A program made the translations under genes and the position numbers. The notes under the pieces were generated by a model. The model was not told the DNA's origin and did no database searches. It saw only the letters and a list, made by a program, of their open reading frames with translations. Below, one piece after another: positions 11,720 through 25,588 of a DNA stretch of 64,000 nucleotides (position 1 is the first letter of the stretch; every line of letters begins with the position of its first letter). Source of the stretch: Mobula hypostoma (Eukaryota); assembly GCF_963921235.1 (NCBI RefSeq), contig NC_086108.1, forward strand, positions 89,964,001 through 90,028,000. Reading direction: 5' to 3'.

Positions 11720-14447
11720 CAGACTGTGTGCTTAGCCTCCTGCTCTACTCGGATTATATTTATGACTGTGAGGCTAAGTACAACTCCAATGTTATATTCA
11801 AATTTGCTGACGACACCACTGACATAGGCCGAAGCCAAGGTGGTGACAAATTGGCACAAAGGAGGGAGTTTGAAAATCTGGTTGAATGGTGTCACAATGA
11901 CAACCTCTCAACATCAGCAAAACAAAATAGTTGATTATTGCCTTCAGGAGAAAGAAAATGAAGATCCATGAGCCATTCCTCATCAAGGGATAGGAGATGG
12001 AGAAGGCCAATAACATTAAATTCCTTGGCATTAGCATTTCGCAAGATCTCTTCTGGACCATTACTTAAGTGCCATTACAAAGACAGCATGGAAGCATCTC
12101 GACTTCCTGAGAAAATTGTGCAGATTTTCCATGTCATCTAAAACTTTGACAAACATCTATAGATCCACAATGGAAGTATCCTGACTGGTTGCATCATAGC
12201 CTGGTATGGAAGCACCAATGCCCACAAACGGAAAAACCTTCAAAAATTAGAGTCACATCACAGGTAAAGCTCACCCCACCTCTGAGCACATCTAAAAGAA
12301 GTGCAGCCACAAGAAAGTAGCAAAGATCAAAGTTCAAAGTTCAAAGTAAATTTATATCTCCATATAGAACCCTAAGATTCATTTTCTATCAGGCATACTC
12401 AATAAATCCGTAATAAAATAATAACCATAATAGAATCATTGAAAGACCATACCAATTTGAGCATTCAACCAGTGTGGAAAAGAAAATAACTGTGGAAATA
12501 CAAAAACTAAGCAATAAATATTGAGAACATAAGATGAAAAGGCCTTGGAAGTGAATTGATAGTCTATGAGAACATTTCAATGATGATGCAAATGAGTTGA
12601 ATGAGTTTACCACCTTTGCTTCAAGAGTCTGATGTTTGAGGGGTAAGAACTGTTGCTGAACCTGGTGGTGTGAGTCCTGAGGTTCCTGTACCTTCTCCTG
12701 ATCACAGCAGTGAGAAGAGAGCATGAACTGGGCGGTGGGGGTCACTGATGATGGATGCTGCTTCCCTGTTAGAATACTTCATGTAGATGTGCTTAATGGT
12801 GGAGATGGCTTTACCCATGATGGACTGCGTACCATCCATTACTTTTTGTGGGATTTTCCATTCGAGGGCATTGGTGATTCCATACCAGACAGTGATTCAG
12901 CCAGTCCATATACTTTTCACCACACATCTATAGAAGATTGTCAAAGTTTTAGATGTCATGCTGAATCTTCCCAAACTCTTAAGGAAGTAGAGCAGCTGCT
13001 GTGCTTTCTTCATAATTGCACTTACATGCTGGACCCAGAATAGGTCCTCCGAAATGATAACACCGAAGAAATTAAAGGTGCTGATCCTCTCCTGCTCTGA
13101 TCCTCTGATGAGAACTGGCTCATGAACCTCTTGTTTCCTCTTACTGAAGTCAATAATCAGCTACTTGGTCTTGCTGACATTGAGCAAGAGGTTGTTTCTG
13201 TGGCACCATTCTGCCAGATTTTCTATCTCCCTCCTATATGCTGATACATCAATACCTTTGTTTCAGCCTAGGACCGTGGTATCATCAGCAAACTTGATTA
13301 CGGCAGGTGGAACTGTGCTTAGCCAAACAGTTATAAGTGTAAAGCAGGTAGAGCGGGGGCTAAGCACACAGCCTTATGGTACACCCGTCTTGAGGAAGAT
13401 TGTAGAGGATATGTTGTTGCCAATCCAAACTGACTGGGGTCCGCAAGAGAGGAAATAAAGACTCCAATTGCACAAGGAGGCACTGAGGCCAAGGTCTTGA
13501 AGCTTAGTTTTGAGGGGATGATTGTAATGAATGCCAATCTGTAATTGATAAAGATCATTCTGATGTATGCATTTTTGTTGTCCAGATGTTCCAGGGTTGA
13601 GTGAAGAGCCAATAAGACGGCATCCAATGTGAACCTGTTGCTCCGATGGGCAAATTGGAGCAAATTCAAGAAGCTTCTCAGCTGGGAGTTGATATGTTTC
13701 ATTACCGACCTCTCAAGACACTTCACCACTGTGGATGTAAATGCTGTTGAATAATAGTCATTGGGGCAGGCTACCATGTTCTTCTTAGGCACCTGTGTAA
13801 GTAAAGTCTGCTTGAAGTAGGTAGGTATGTCAGACTGCCAAAACGAGAGGTTAAAGATCTCAGTGAACACCCCAAGCAATTGATCAGCATGGGTCTTTAG
13901 GACTTGGCCAGCTACCCCATCCAGGCCGAATGCTTTTCATGGGTTCGCATTTCTGAAGGCTTCTCACATGTAGGTCTCCGAGACTAAAATCATAGCACCA
14001 CTTGCGGCTGTGGGAGTTTGTGAATTTGTCAAGGATCCCCCACCATCCGAGCCATACTGTCTTCTCACTGCTGCCATCAGGAAGGAGTTACTGGAATGTT
14101 ATGTCAAATACCACCAGGTTTATGAATAGTTAATACCATTCAACCAACAGGCTCATGAACTAACTTGAATAACTTCACTCACCTCAACATTGAACTATTC
14201 CACAACATATTGATTTAATTTCAAGGATTCTAAGTGTTCTCAATATTATATATCATTAATTTATTAGTAATTATTATTATTTGTTTTATTTTGCAATTGC
14301 ACAGTTTTCTTCTTATGCTCATTGGTTGTCTATGCGTGCACTTTTATCATCGATTCTATTGTGTGGCTTTGCATCTACGATGAATGGATGAAAGAAAATG
14401 GATCTCAGGGTATAAGTATTTTGATGATAAGTTTACTCTGAACTTTG
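11720..14447 (+). mobile_element. Rex1/Babar LINE (RT to 3' tail) split by a nested Rex1
   Basis: FKFADDTT...LVEWCHNDNL; reading resumes at ~14028 (KDPHHP...LPSGR). Confidence 0.8.
12328..14025 (-). mobile_element. Rex1/Babar LINE nested in opposite orientation
   Basis: ORF 13331-13879 VFTEIFNLS...VPKK...LQFAHRSNR...; (AAAGTTC)n tail at 12329. Confidence 0.85.
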
Positions 14448-15661
14448 AGACAATTAAATATTGTGGGTGGAACATTGCTTCCTTTGATCAATGAGTAAAG
14501 ATGGTTTGACTCATGTTGTGTTTCGAACAGTCTTTATATGGAGTTAAAAAGTATCAACCTGAATATTCCCAGAATCTTTGTAGTATGATTGGGTCATGAG
14601 GTTGGAGTGAATATAGAAAAAAAACCTACATCCTCTCACCAGGGAGTTGCTGTCAAGAGGGTCACAAGTTTAGAATTGTTACTGAGAGACTGAGCAGAGA
14701 AGTTAAAAGTAATCTCTCTGCAAAGGCAGTTGTTGCAGCCAGGAATGCTTTGCCACAGGGAATGTGGAAATGAGAGAAAATGTGATAAAAGCTTGAATCA
14801 GTGAGATATACAAAGCTACAGTGAGGGAGCTGTGCTATGGGATTATTTTTGGATTTCTCCAGCCAAATGTCCTCCTTCTGTGCTGCAGACGTCAGTGGTT
14901 TGATTCTAACCTTCACTTGCAGAGGAGGAGCTGTCTTCGATCCAGATGTTGTCTGCAGCTCATTATACAGCAGATGGTACAATTTTGTGACAGCCTGTCT
15001 TGAGAAGAGAGGCTGAGAAGACAAGTCTCCTCTGACATGTCCCCTTTACATATCCAGAGGGATCTATTCACACAGGATCTGGGCTGTTGAACGCTTTGGC
15101 CAAACTTTTACAATGGCCACCTGCATTCATTTGTTCTTAAATGCTTCTCCTTCATCTTGAATTTCTAAGTGTTCAAGCTCTCCCTCCCTCCTCTCTTCCC
15201 ACCACCAAAGGTATTCAGTTTCTCACTTAGTTGACTGCAATTTAAATGTCATTAACGACAGCATCATAATGAAATAAGGAATATAATAAATACATTGGCA
15301 TGAAGGACTCTTATCAAATTATTTAATGGAAAATCAAACAACAAACCATTAAACCGATAAAACAAACATTAAAAGCTAGATATTAGTTGTAATCAAGCCC
15401 GTTTTATACGCTAGAAAGGATGTGTAAGTACATCAAATGAAGAGCAAAATACAAGTAACCACTTGGTGGATGGGACGAGGCAGCATAATAGTTCGTCATG
15501 GACTAGAAGCCTGAAGGGCCTGTTTCTGTATCACAGCGTTTAATGATTGCTGCAGAAATGTGTTTCCTGTCATATTAGCTTTGGTTCCTCCAAATGTTTC
15601 CAAATGAAGTTAAAACATTCAGCAAAATTGAACAGATGATCAAATTAAATTACAGAATTTC

Positions 15662-15818
15662 ACAGAATTGCTGGAAATACTCAAAAGGTCAGTCAGCATT
15701 TAGATTAGGAAACAAAGTTAACATTTCCAGTTGATGACTTACAATCACAACACAAAGTTCTAATCAAAGATTTGACTTGAAATGTTATCACTGATATGTG
15801 TTTCCAACAATTTCTGTT
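15662..15818. mobile_element. Old palindromic PLE-terminus-derived element
   Basis: ACAGAATTGCTGGAAATAC pairs with GTGTTTCCAACAATTTCTGT; inner AACATTTC/GAAATGTT. Confidence 0.45.
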
Positions 15819-16019
15819 TTTATTTCCAACTTCCCTCACCTAGAGTGCCTGTAAAATCTGGAGTATCTGTGTATTCAAGTTGGGACCAGATCATCCTGCA
15901 TCCAGCCTGTGCCTGAATTTCCAGGAAGTGATCCCCTCCACTTGAAACTAGATTTTCCAGATATGGAAAGACAGAAAGGTATCCAGCAAGCTAGAGTATG
16001 CTCAAAGTAACAAGCGCAG

Positions 16020-17740
16020 TTCAGATATGTTTTGCCGAGGCATTCAACTGGGAATGCGCTGACGTTTCTGCAGACATTGTGATCATTGAGGGGGACTTCA
16101 ACAAGCTTGAAGAATCCTCTGACCAACTACCACCAACATGTCACTTTTGAAACCGGAGGAGCCAACACATTTGATCATTGTTACACCACCATCAGGAACG
16201 CTTACCATGTCATTCCACCCCCACATTTGGCACATCTGATCCCCTGGCTGTACTTATATTCCCAGCATTCAGGCAGAGACTGAAGACCATAGCACTAGTC
16301 ATGAGGACCAGTGGTATGATCAAGGGAGCTAAAGGAGCAGGTACAAGACTAATTTGAATCGGTGGACTGAACTATATTCAGGGATTCATCTTCAGATCTG
16401 TACGAATATGCCACAGTTGTCATTGACTTTATCAAGACCTGTCTGGATAACCATGTGCCTTTAGGAACACACCTGACATATCCAGATCAGAAGCTATGGA
16501 TGAACTGTACAATTCACAGTCTGCTGAAGGGTAGATCTATGGCATTCAAGACCAGTGATCCAGAACTTCACACGAAGTCCAGGTATGTCCTAAGGAAGGC
16601 TATCTTAAGAGTGATAAAGCAGTTCCGAGGGAGGTTAGAGACAGAATCAGATGCCTATTAGCTCTAGCAGGGTTTGCAGGCCATTACTTCCTACAAGACA
16701 AAACCTAACATCATAGATGGCTGTGATGCATCACTCTCCAATGAGCTGAATACCTTTTATGCGTGCATTGAAAGGGAGAATAAAACTGTGGCTGTGTGAA
16801 TACCTGCCAGCATCTGGCAAACCTGTGGTTTCTATCTCAGAGGCATTTCTGTCAGAATATCTTTTAAAAGGATGAACTCTCATAAAACATCGGGCCCTGA
16901 TGGTGTACCTGGTAGGGCTCAGAAAAGCTGTGCCAACCAGCTGGCTGGAGTATTCAAGGATATCTCCAATCTCTCAGAGCTGCAATTGGAGGTTGCCACC
17001 TGCTTCAAAAGTGTGAAAGTCATACCAGTGCCCAAGAAGAGCAAGGTGAGTTGGCTCAATAATTGTCACCCAGTAGCACTCACAACTACTATGATGAAGT
17101 GCTTTGAGAGGTTGATCATAGTTAGAATTAACTCTTGCCTGAGCAAGGACCTGGACTGCAATTTGCCTTCTGCCACAATAGATCTACGGTCCATTCTTAC
17201 TGGCACTCTACTGAGCCTTGGACCACCTGGACAATAGAAATACTTCCATTAGACTGCTGTTTATTGATTGCAGTTCAACATCCAATACCATCATCCCTCA
17301 TAACTAATCACAAGCTTCAAAACCTTGGCCTCTGTAGCTCCTGCTACAACTGGATCTATCTTGGATCTATCTTTGACCTCTGCATTGGGAGACCACAGTC
17401 AGTGCAGATTGGAAGTAAATCTGCAGAGGGTGGTGAACACAGCCAGCTCAATCATTGGCACAAACCTCCCTACTATCGAGGATATATTCAAAAGGCAATG
17501 CCCCAAGAAGGCCACATCCTTCATGAAGGACCTACACCATCCAGGACATGTCCTCTTCTCATTGCCACCATGTGAGAGGAGATACAGGAGCCTGAAGATA
17601 CACACTCAACATTTTAGGAACAGCTTCTTTCCCTTGGCCATCAGATTTTGGAGTGGTCCATGAAAAGTACTTTACTATTTTTGCTTTCTTTTTCTGCTCT
17701 TCTTATTTATTTTCTGCACTTCTTATTTATTTTCTGCGCA
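16020..17740 (+). mobile_element. Rex1/Babar LINE, APE end to 3' end, with internal deletion of the RT core
   Basis: GDFNK, NTFDHCYT, SGPDGVPGR..CANQLAGVF, PVALTTTMMKCFERL; jumps at ~17415 to LQRVVNTA...HHPGH. Its tail continues at ~18320-18440. Confidence 0.85.
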
Positions 17741-18320
17741 GCTCTCCAGTGAAAATGACACCATATCTGTTAAATAGGGGCCGTGGACAATTCTGATTTG
17801 ATGAAGATAGACGTGAGAAGCAGAGGAACATCTGGAGAAATTTCTGGAATGCCAGGTTTGCTGCTGTTGTTACTGTGCGATTGAGAATCTCCGAAGGGTA
17901 GGCCCCAAAATCCCCGGCTTTGCCTGCTGCTGGCGACCGAGGCTGAGGTCGAAACGTTCGGACAGAGATAGTGCTCGGTACTCGGTGTCGGAGGGCTGCT
18001 CAGAGCTCGAAGCTTTTGGACGACTCGGTCGGGCATGGCAGGGAGAGTTTTCTTCCTTCTCCCGTCTGCATGAGATGTGGGACTTTTGAGAAACTTTGAA
18101 CTTTTTTTACTGTGCCATGGACTGTTCTTCATCAAGTTATGGTATTCTTGCACTATTGTAACTATATGTTATAATTATGTGGTTTTGTTAGTTTTTCAGT
18201 CTTGGTCTGTCCTGTGTTTTTGTGATATCACATCAGAGGAATATTGTATCATATCTTAATGCATGCATTACTAAATGACAATAAAAGAGGACTGTGTGTC
18301 CTCATAATCTGATAATCTAA
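17740..18320 (+). mobile_element. Younger LINE 3' UTR-like insert with (TAATC)n tail
   Basis: CpG-retaining segment ending in AATAAA...CATAATCTGATAATCTAA; interrupts a Rex1 tail. Family not identified. Confidence 0.5.
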
Positions 18321-18484
18321 TTTTGTATACAATATTATAACTTATGGTAATTATTTCATGTATTGCATTTTACTGCTGCTGTAAAAGCAACAAATTTCAT
18401 GACATATATCAGTGAAAATAAACCAGATTCTGGTATCTGACCTAAAATAATTAAAAATATACTTTGAAATAAATAACTACACAA

Positions 18485-18920
18485 ACAAGGCAACACACTG
18501 GAGGAACTCAGCAGTTCATGCACTATCTATGGAAATGAATGAACAGATGATGTTTCAAGCTGAGCCCCTTCTTCAGGATTGGAAAGGGCGGGGGAAGACT
18601 CCAGAATAAAAAGTTGGGAGGAGGGGAAGGAGTATAGCTGGAAGTTGACAGGTGAAGCCAGGTTGGAGAAGAAGGAATCTGATAGGAGAGTAGACGGTGG
18701 GAGAAAGGGAAGAGGGAGAGGTATCTCGATAAAGCTACTCTCTGGATGGAGGAGCAACATCTCATATACCACCTTGGTAGCCTCCAACCAGTTGGCATGA
18801 GCATCGATTTCTCCTTCTGGTAATTTTTTTCCCTCCCCCATCCTTCTTCCTCGATTCCCCAGTCAGTCTTCTTACCACTTCCCCTTACCTGCCTATCACC
18901 TCTCTCTGGTGCCACCCCCT
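18485..18920 (-). mobile_element. Neptune-type PLE 3' fragment with HHR remnant
   Basis: Minus strand reads CTGAAGA-AGGGGCTCAGCTT-GAAACATC at 18545-18580. Confidence 0.75.
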
Positions 18921-21337
18921 ACTCCCAAAATCCCAAACGTTTCATTATCATGATTTTATTGAATGGACACCCTGTAACCAATATTGTGGCCCTCTCACAA
19001 ACTCAGTGTTTCATGAATTAGAGAAAATGTACACAGTATCATCTCTAAGGATGAAACTGAAAGGTGTACACTTAGGTGGGATTATGACTCATAATCCAAC
19101 AGAAGATAATATCACACCACAATTTCCTCAGCCAAGCATGAGCACCAAGTGTGGTTTCTCTCATTCTGTACAGGATTACAATTTTAATTCAATTTCACAT
19201 TAACACTAAATACCAATGGACTGCTAATCCATTGTGCTCTGCACGCGTGTGTTCATATCCCACCTTCGTCGATGTCTTTGATTGGCACAGCTTTGTGGGC
19301 CGAAGGGCCTGTATTGTGCTGTAGGTTTTCTATGTTTCTATGTACAGTATACTATATAATACTAACCATACCTGATTCTGATTGAAACTGAAAGAATGCT
19401 CCAAGATATCACATGATACTTTTTAAGGATGACATATATATTAAAAAAAGCATGACTGAAAAGCGAAAATGATAAACCCTGGATATCTCAAATTAATTCA
19501 TGAAATGTTGGGTTTATTCAATAGCTCAGGCAGTATCTGTGGAGACAGAAGCAGAATTAACACCACAGGTCAATTCCTTTTCACAGACTAAATGGTAATT
19601 TCATGGCATTATTTTCCACAAAGAAAATATGTCTTTGCCCTTGAAAAATTCAAACTCTTCCAATTATGAAGGAAAATCTTTCCATCAGGACTTTATGCAG
19701 ATACTCTACCCATCCATTGATCAACAGACATTGGCTATTGAATGTGCTTTTAGGGCTTACAGCATAAAAGACAAACAAAGAGTCACTGCAAGCCTCAGAT
19801 GCCTCTGATGAATAAAATGTGCCTATACTCCGTAAGGTATTGCCACATCAGTTACAGACAGAGACTAGTTATACTTACACTGATTCTTTTTAAGTGGTAA
19901 GCACACTAAATCCCCTTCCTATCCACTACGTTCATTGTTCCATTATTCAATAATCTGTTCTCGAACATTATCATTGAAATCTATCCTTGTACAATTTAGC
20001 TTGCTTTACTCTAAAACATTGCCATCTGTAGTTTATAAATAATAAAATATTGGCTAATTGAGCCGGAAGTACTTCTAAAATATATTATCAACAGCATTTG
20101 TTTGATTGTATATAGTGCAGACCACCCTACGGTCAGCTTGTTTTGCAATAAAATATAGGTACTTTTCCTGAACAAGTGTATATGTATTGATACACAAATG
20201 ATTCTAGGAATTGTATTATGGTCTATTTCAGAAAGGACACAATGTGAATGAGTTTGAAACTGCCATTATTAACCGTTCTGTATAAAATACAACAGGCCCT
20301 GTTGAGCAAGTTTCACCTTATTGTATAGTTAATTGCCTTGTCAGACAGAAAGTGAAGCAGGCTTCTTTGGTCAGCAGATGGTATTATGGTGTTGTCTAAT
20401 TGCCAGATATTACAAACATGTGAATGTCTAATCAATGAACACCTGAGTTGTCAGGTAGATTAGTGCAATGTCCTCCGTATCATTAGTGCAACAATTTTCG
20501 GAACTCACGAATATCTCAGATTGATCCATTGCTATGATTTATCTCCTGTACTACCAATCCTTCATTATATACAGCTCTCTCCACTTGCACTGCAGATCAA
20601 TCTGCTAAGCCATATAAAGCTCCGCCTCTAAAGAAGATTGCTTTATTAAAACCTTTACATTTCATTTATTCCAAGCAATTAACAGTATTAAAATATTCAT
20701 GGTCCCACACATCAAACACACCCACCAGGCATACAACCAATCAACAATCACTCTGACAAAATTTTTGAAGTGAATGCTGCAGAAATTAGTGAAAAATATG
20801 TATTTTACATTCTCACATATCCTAATATTAAAGCTCATGTTCAAATGACAGAGTGACAGAATGATCTGAAATGTTAAGACAGAGTGACTTTGACATGTTC
20901 CAGGTTATTAATGTCAATTAATTTAGGGCGCAGTGGATATTTTGTATGATTTGCCTAATAGGTGCACTTATTCTACCTGTCCCAGAAAATACAATGAGAC
21001 GTTATAGCTTTTCAATCAGCTTTGGGAGAAAAAATGAATATAGCATTAGTCTAATAGAATATTCTTAATTCTACCCTCAGATTATTGACAATCCTCAGTT
21101 CATCTTTAAACCAAGCCATTAATTTGGTTAAAGCATATGCTTGATTAAGAAAAGTGCCTGGAAATTGGATAGTGTTCCAATTGTGTATGCTATTTGATTC
21201 AGGTTCAATGAAAGATCAATTGTAAAGGGAAAAACAGGGGCTCTGGTCCTTTTGTGTGTTCAGCATACTAATACAGTAGTGTACAGATTTGTCTCGTGGT
21301 CATGTCTCCTCTATGTGTCTAAGCATAGAAGGTACAT

Positions 21338-23630
21338 GATTTGACTGATGTAATTGACAGCTTTGTGGCCAAGTTTGTGGCTGATACAAAAATGGGCATA
21401 GGGACAGAAGAGGGAGGTACCATCGTGCACCCCAAGTCTCCCTATGATCCTTTGGTCTCAGTATCTGAAGATGATGGGCAGGATATCTTCAACCTCTTGC
21501 TCCAATTGTACTGGTGCCCAAGAAGAGTGTGATAACCTGTCTAAATGACCATCACCCAGTGGCACTTACCTCCACAGTGATTAAGTGTTTTGAATGGCTG
21601 GTGTTGAAGCATATCAAATCCTGTCTGAATGGCAACTTGGATCCTCTCCAGTTTGCCTACTGAAGCAATAGGTCTACAGTAGATGTTATGTCATTGGCTC
21701 CTCTCACAACCCTGGAGCATCTGGAGAGCAAAGATGCATACATCTGGATGGTCTTTATCGATTACAGCTTGATATTTAACACCATCATCCCCTCAAAACT
21801 AATCAATAAACTCCAAGACCTGGGCCTCACTACCCAGTTGTGCAATTGAATCCAGGATTTCCTCACTTGCAGACCCCAGTCAGTTTGGATTGGCAAAAAC
21901 ATCTCCACAATCTCCATCAGCAAAGGAGCACTGCAGGGATGTGTACTTAGCCCTCTGCTCTACCTGCTTTGCAACTATGACTGTGTGGCAAAGTATAGCT
22001 CCAAAACCATTTACAAGTTTGCTGATGACACCACCATCAAAGGGGGCAATGAATCAGCATACAGGAAGGAGATTGAAAATTTGGCTGAGTGGTGTAATAA
22101 CAACAACCTTTCACTCAATTTGAATAAGACCAAGAAACTGATTGTAGGCTTCAGGAGAGGTAAACTGAAGGTCCATAAGCCAATAATCATTGGAGGATGA
22201 GAGCGGGAGAGGGTCAGTAACTTTAAATTGCTGGACATTACTATCTCCAAGGACCTGTCCTAGACCATTCATATAAATATTTTTGCAAAGAAAGCATGAC
22301 AGTGCCGCTACTTCCTCAGGAGTCTGCAAAGGTTTGGCATGTCATTGAAAACCTTGGCAAACTTCTATAGATGTGTGGTGGAAAATGTGCTGTCTGGCTG
22401 CATTATGGCCTGGTATGGAAACACCAATTCTTTTGAACGTAAAATCCTACAACAGGTTGTATTCGGTCCAGTACATCATGGATAAAACCCTCCCAACCAT
22501 TGAGCACATCTAAATGAAACATTGCCGTAGAAAAGCAGCATCCACCATCAAAGGTCCTCACCACCCAGACCATGCTCTTTTCTCACTGCTGCCATCAGGT
22601 GGAAGGTACAGGGGCCTCAGAACTCGCACCACCAGGTTCAAGAACAGTTACTACCCCTCAACCATTAGGCTCTTGAACAAAAGGGGATAACTACACTCAT
22701 TTAAGGATTCTGTTGTATTTTTATTTCATGCTCATTATTTATTGCTATTTATTTATATTTTCATTTGCACAGTTTGTTTACAGCTTACAGTTCCTGATAT
22801 TTACAGTTTACAGTTACTGCTCTATAAATTTGCTAAGTATGTCCACAGAAAAAGATTTTCTTTTTACTTTGAACTTTGCTGAGGAAGCAGCTTAGATGAA
22901 TGGGCAAAGAAATGTCAGATAGAATATTGTGTTGAGAAGTGTACAGTCATGCATTTTGGTAGAAGGAGTAAAGGCATAGACTACTTTGTAAACAGGGAGC
23001 AATTTTTAAAAAAAGAGTTGCAAAAGGACCTGGGAGTCCTCATGTAGGATTCCTTAAAGGTTAGCTTGCAGGTTCAGTCAGTGGCATGGAAGGCAAATGA
23101 AATGTTTGCATTCATTTCAAGAGGACTAGAATATAATAGAAACTAAGAAATGCTGAGGTTTTTTAAGGCATTGGTTAGACTGCATTTTGAGAATTGTAAG
23201 CATTTTTGGGTTCCTTATTAAAGAAAAGATGAGCTGGCATTGGAGAGAGTGCAGAGGAAGTTCATGAGAATGATTCTGGGAATGAAAGGGTAAATGTATG
23301 ATGAGCGTTTGATGGCTCTGGGCCTGTACTTGCTGGAGCTTGGAGAAAAGAGGAGGGATCTCAAGGACTTCCCTTTAGAACAGAGATGAGGAGGAATTTC
23401 TTGAATCAGAGGGTGGTGAAACTGTTGAATTTATTGACACAGACAGCTATAGGGGCCAAGTAATCGGGTATATTTAAAGCAGAGGTTGATACGTTCTAGA
23501 TTAATAATGGTGCCAAGGTTACAGGGAGAAGGCAGGAGAATGGAGATGAGAGGTATAATAAGTTAGCCACGATGAAATGGCGGAGCAGACTCGATGGGCT
23601 GAATGGCCTAATTCTGTTCCTAGGTCTTTA
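21338..23630 (+). mobile_element. CR1 LINE (RT C-terminus to tail) split by Rex1
   Basis: IDSFVAKFVADTKMG at 21341; resumes at ~22880 with LDEWAKK...MHFGRR. Confidence 0.8.
21405..22877 (+). mobile_element. Rex1/Babar LINE nested in CR1
   Basis: QGCVLSPLLY, YKFADDTT, LAEWCNNNNLSLN, ...CTTTGAACTTT tail. Confidence 0.9.
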
Positions 23631-23944
23631 CATCCTTTGCGGTGCTTTCTTTGTCCCAATTTAAAGGAATTAGCTTGACTAGGTCCCAACCTCGGTGTCT
23701 GGTGAAGTAGCTCTTTGTCAAATCAGTTATTTACTATTCATGGCAACTCTGCCTTCAACCTCTCATCTCTTTGTTCCCACACCCCCCTTCCTAGTTCATG
23801 AATCCCAAGCTACCACACTGAAGCCAATTATAGCTCTGAAGCCAAATTTCCCCCACTCTAACCTCCAGATTGACCATCAGCACCAAACCTTCCCACCCCA
23901 TTAGATCCTGGCCCAACCATTATCCATACCTTTCCACTGATGCC

Positions 23945-24705
23945 TGGTAGCATGGTGTTAAGACAATAACATTTCCATCAATATCAGCAAAATGAAGGAG
24001 CTGATTATTGAATTTAGGTAACAGATAGAATACATGTCCCTGTCTGTATCAATAATGCAGAGATGGAAATGGTTGAGAGTTTCAAAGTCTGAGGTGTAAG
24101 TATCACTAACAATTTGTCCTGAACTAGCCACCATATGATGAACACTGTAGCCAAGAAAGCACAGCCTGCCTCTACTTCGTCAGAAGGCCAAGGAAACTTG
24201 GCACGTCCTTGACAACTTTTTCCTATTTTTACAGACACATTGTAGAGAGCATCCTATCCAGGTGCATCACAGATTGGTATGGTAACTGCTCAGCCCAAGA
24301 CGCCAAGAAATTACAGAGTTGCAGATATAGCCCAGTCCATCACGCAAGAGACTCTGCCCTCTATTGACCCTGTCTGTGCTTCCATCCTTGTCATTCCCTC
24401 TTTTCCACCTCTGCCATTGGAAAGGAGATACAAAAGGTTGAGAGCGCAAGCCATCAGGCTCAAGGACAGATCCTATCCATTGTTATCAGACTCTTGAATG
24501 GACTTCTCCAATGTTAAAGGCTAAACTCTTGATCTCCCAATCTACCTCATTTATTTGTCCTCCTGTACACATTTTCTCTACATTCCTGTTACTACCTGAA
24601 TGTAATTATGTATATAATGCTGTGCTTGGATGGCACATTAACATACTGTATGTTATTCACTGTATTTCAGTACATGAGATAACAATAAACCAATGCCAAT
24701 ACCAG
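23945..24705 (+). mobile_element. Rex1/Babar LINE 3' fragment
   Basis: ESILSRCITDWYGNC, RVADIAQSIT, RRYKRL. Confidence 0.75.
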
Positions 24706-25049
24706 GCAACCTTAACTCTACTTGTTCTACTGATACCTGACAGACAATTGAGGCCTCATGAGAGATCCTAGCGAAAAATTTACATCGCTTTCCACAGCCA
24801 TCGCCTTCCTTCTCATGCCAGACCAGACCTTTCTCTCTGAAAGCCAATATCCACCCATAACTTGCCTGACACAACCCAGACTGAACTGACCTCCTTGCAC
24901 CATGAGCATAATGCTCCTTAGGACATTGCAGTGGTTAACCCCAAAGAGAAACATTGGCACCTGGTATGTACTGTACCATTCTGTAAATAAGCCATTACTA
25001 ATACCAATACATTTTGATAGCAATTATTTTAGCTTCTCTCTGGTACGAC

Positions 25050-25352
25050 ACAGTAGAGTATGACTAGTGTATCATCGAACAGTGCCAGCAATCAGAAGAT
25101 CAGGGTGCAATGCTGATGTTTGTAAGGAGTTTGTACATTCTCCCCAGACCTTGTAGGTTTCCTTTGGGTGCCTTGGTTTTGTCCCACATTCCAAAGTCAT
25201 ATGGTCAGGATCAGTAAATTATAAGCATGAAGGTGCTGAATGTGTGGTGACACTTGCGGCCTGCCTCCAGCACAACCTTTGACTACGTTGGTCATTGATG
25301 TTGCAAATGATGTTTTGGTGTTCGATGTACAGGTGGCAAATAAAGCTGATCT
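25050..25352 (+). mobile_element. V-SINE/HE1-like SINE
   Basis: GTAAGGAGTTTGTACATTCTCCC...GGTTTCCTTTGGGTGCCTTGGTTT...CCACATTCCAAAG. Confidence 0.7.
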
Positions 25353-25411
25353 TTAATTGTTTTTCTTTTCTGTCTATATATTCTCATGAATGATAACATG
25401 TTGTAGATGAG

Positions 25412-25588
25412 TGCCATCGTCGTCATCGGCACAATGGATAGTGTAGTTGTCCATAGGGTTTTCATGGCATGATATGGAAGTAGATTGCCAGGCCTTTCTT
25501 CCACACAGATACTGCTGCTGACCTGGCCGGATTTGAACTCAGGACCATCTGCTTCGCAGTCCTGTGCTGACGCCACTGTACCACCGGC
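25412..25588 (-). mobile_element. tRNA-derived SINE with RTE-like body
   Basis: Minus strand: A box TGGTACAGTGG, B box GAGTTCAAATCC, then GGCAATCTACTTCCATATCATGCCATGAAAACCCTATGGAC. Confidence 0.65.

Noticed and set aside
17699..17738. Short tandem duplication TCTTATTTATTTTCTGC
   Set aside because: Ordinary slippage in a low-complexity LINE tail.
25515..25588. tRNA gene
   Set aside because: A/B boxes are present but I see no convincing acceptor stem, and it continues into a SINE body.
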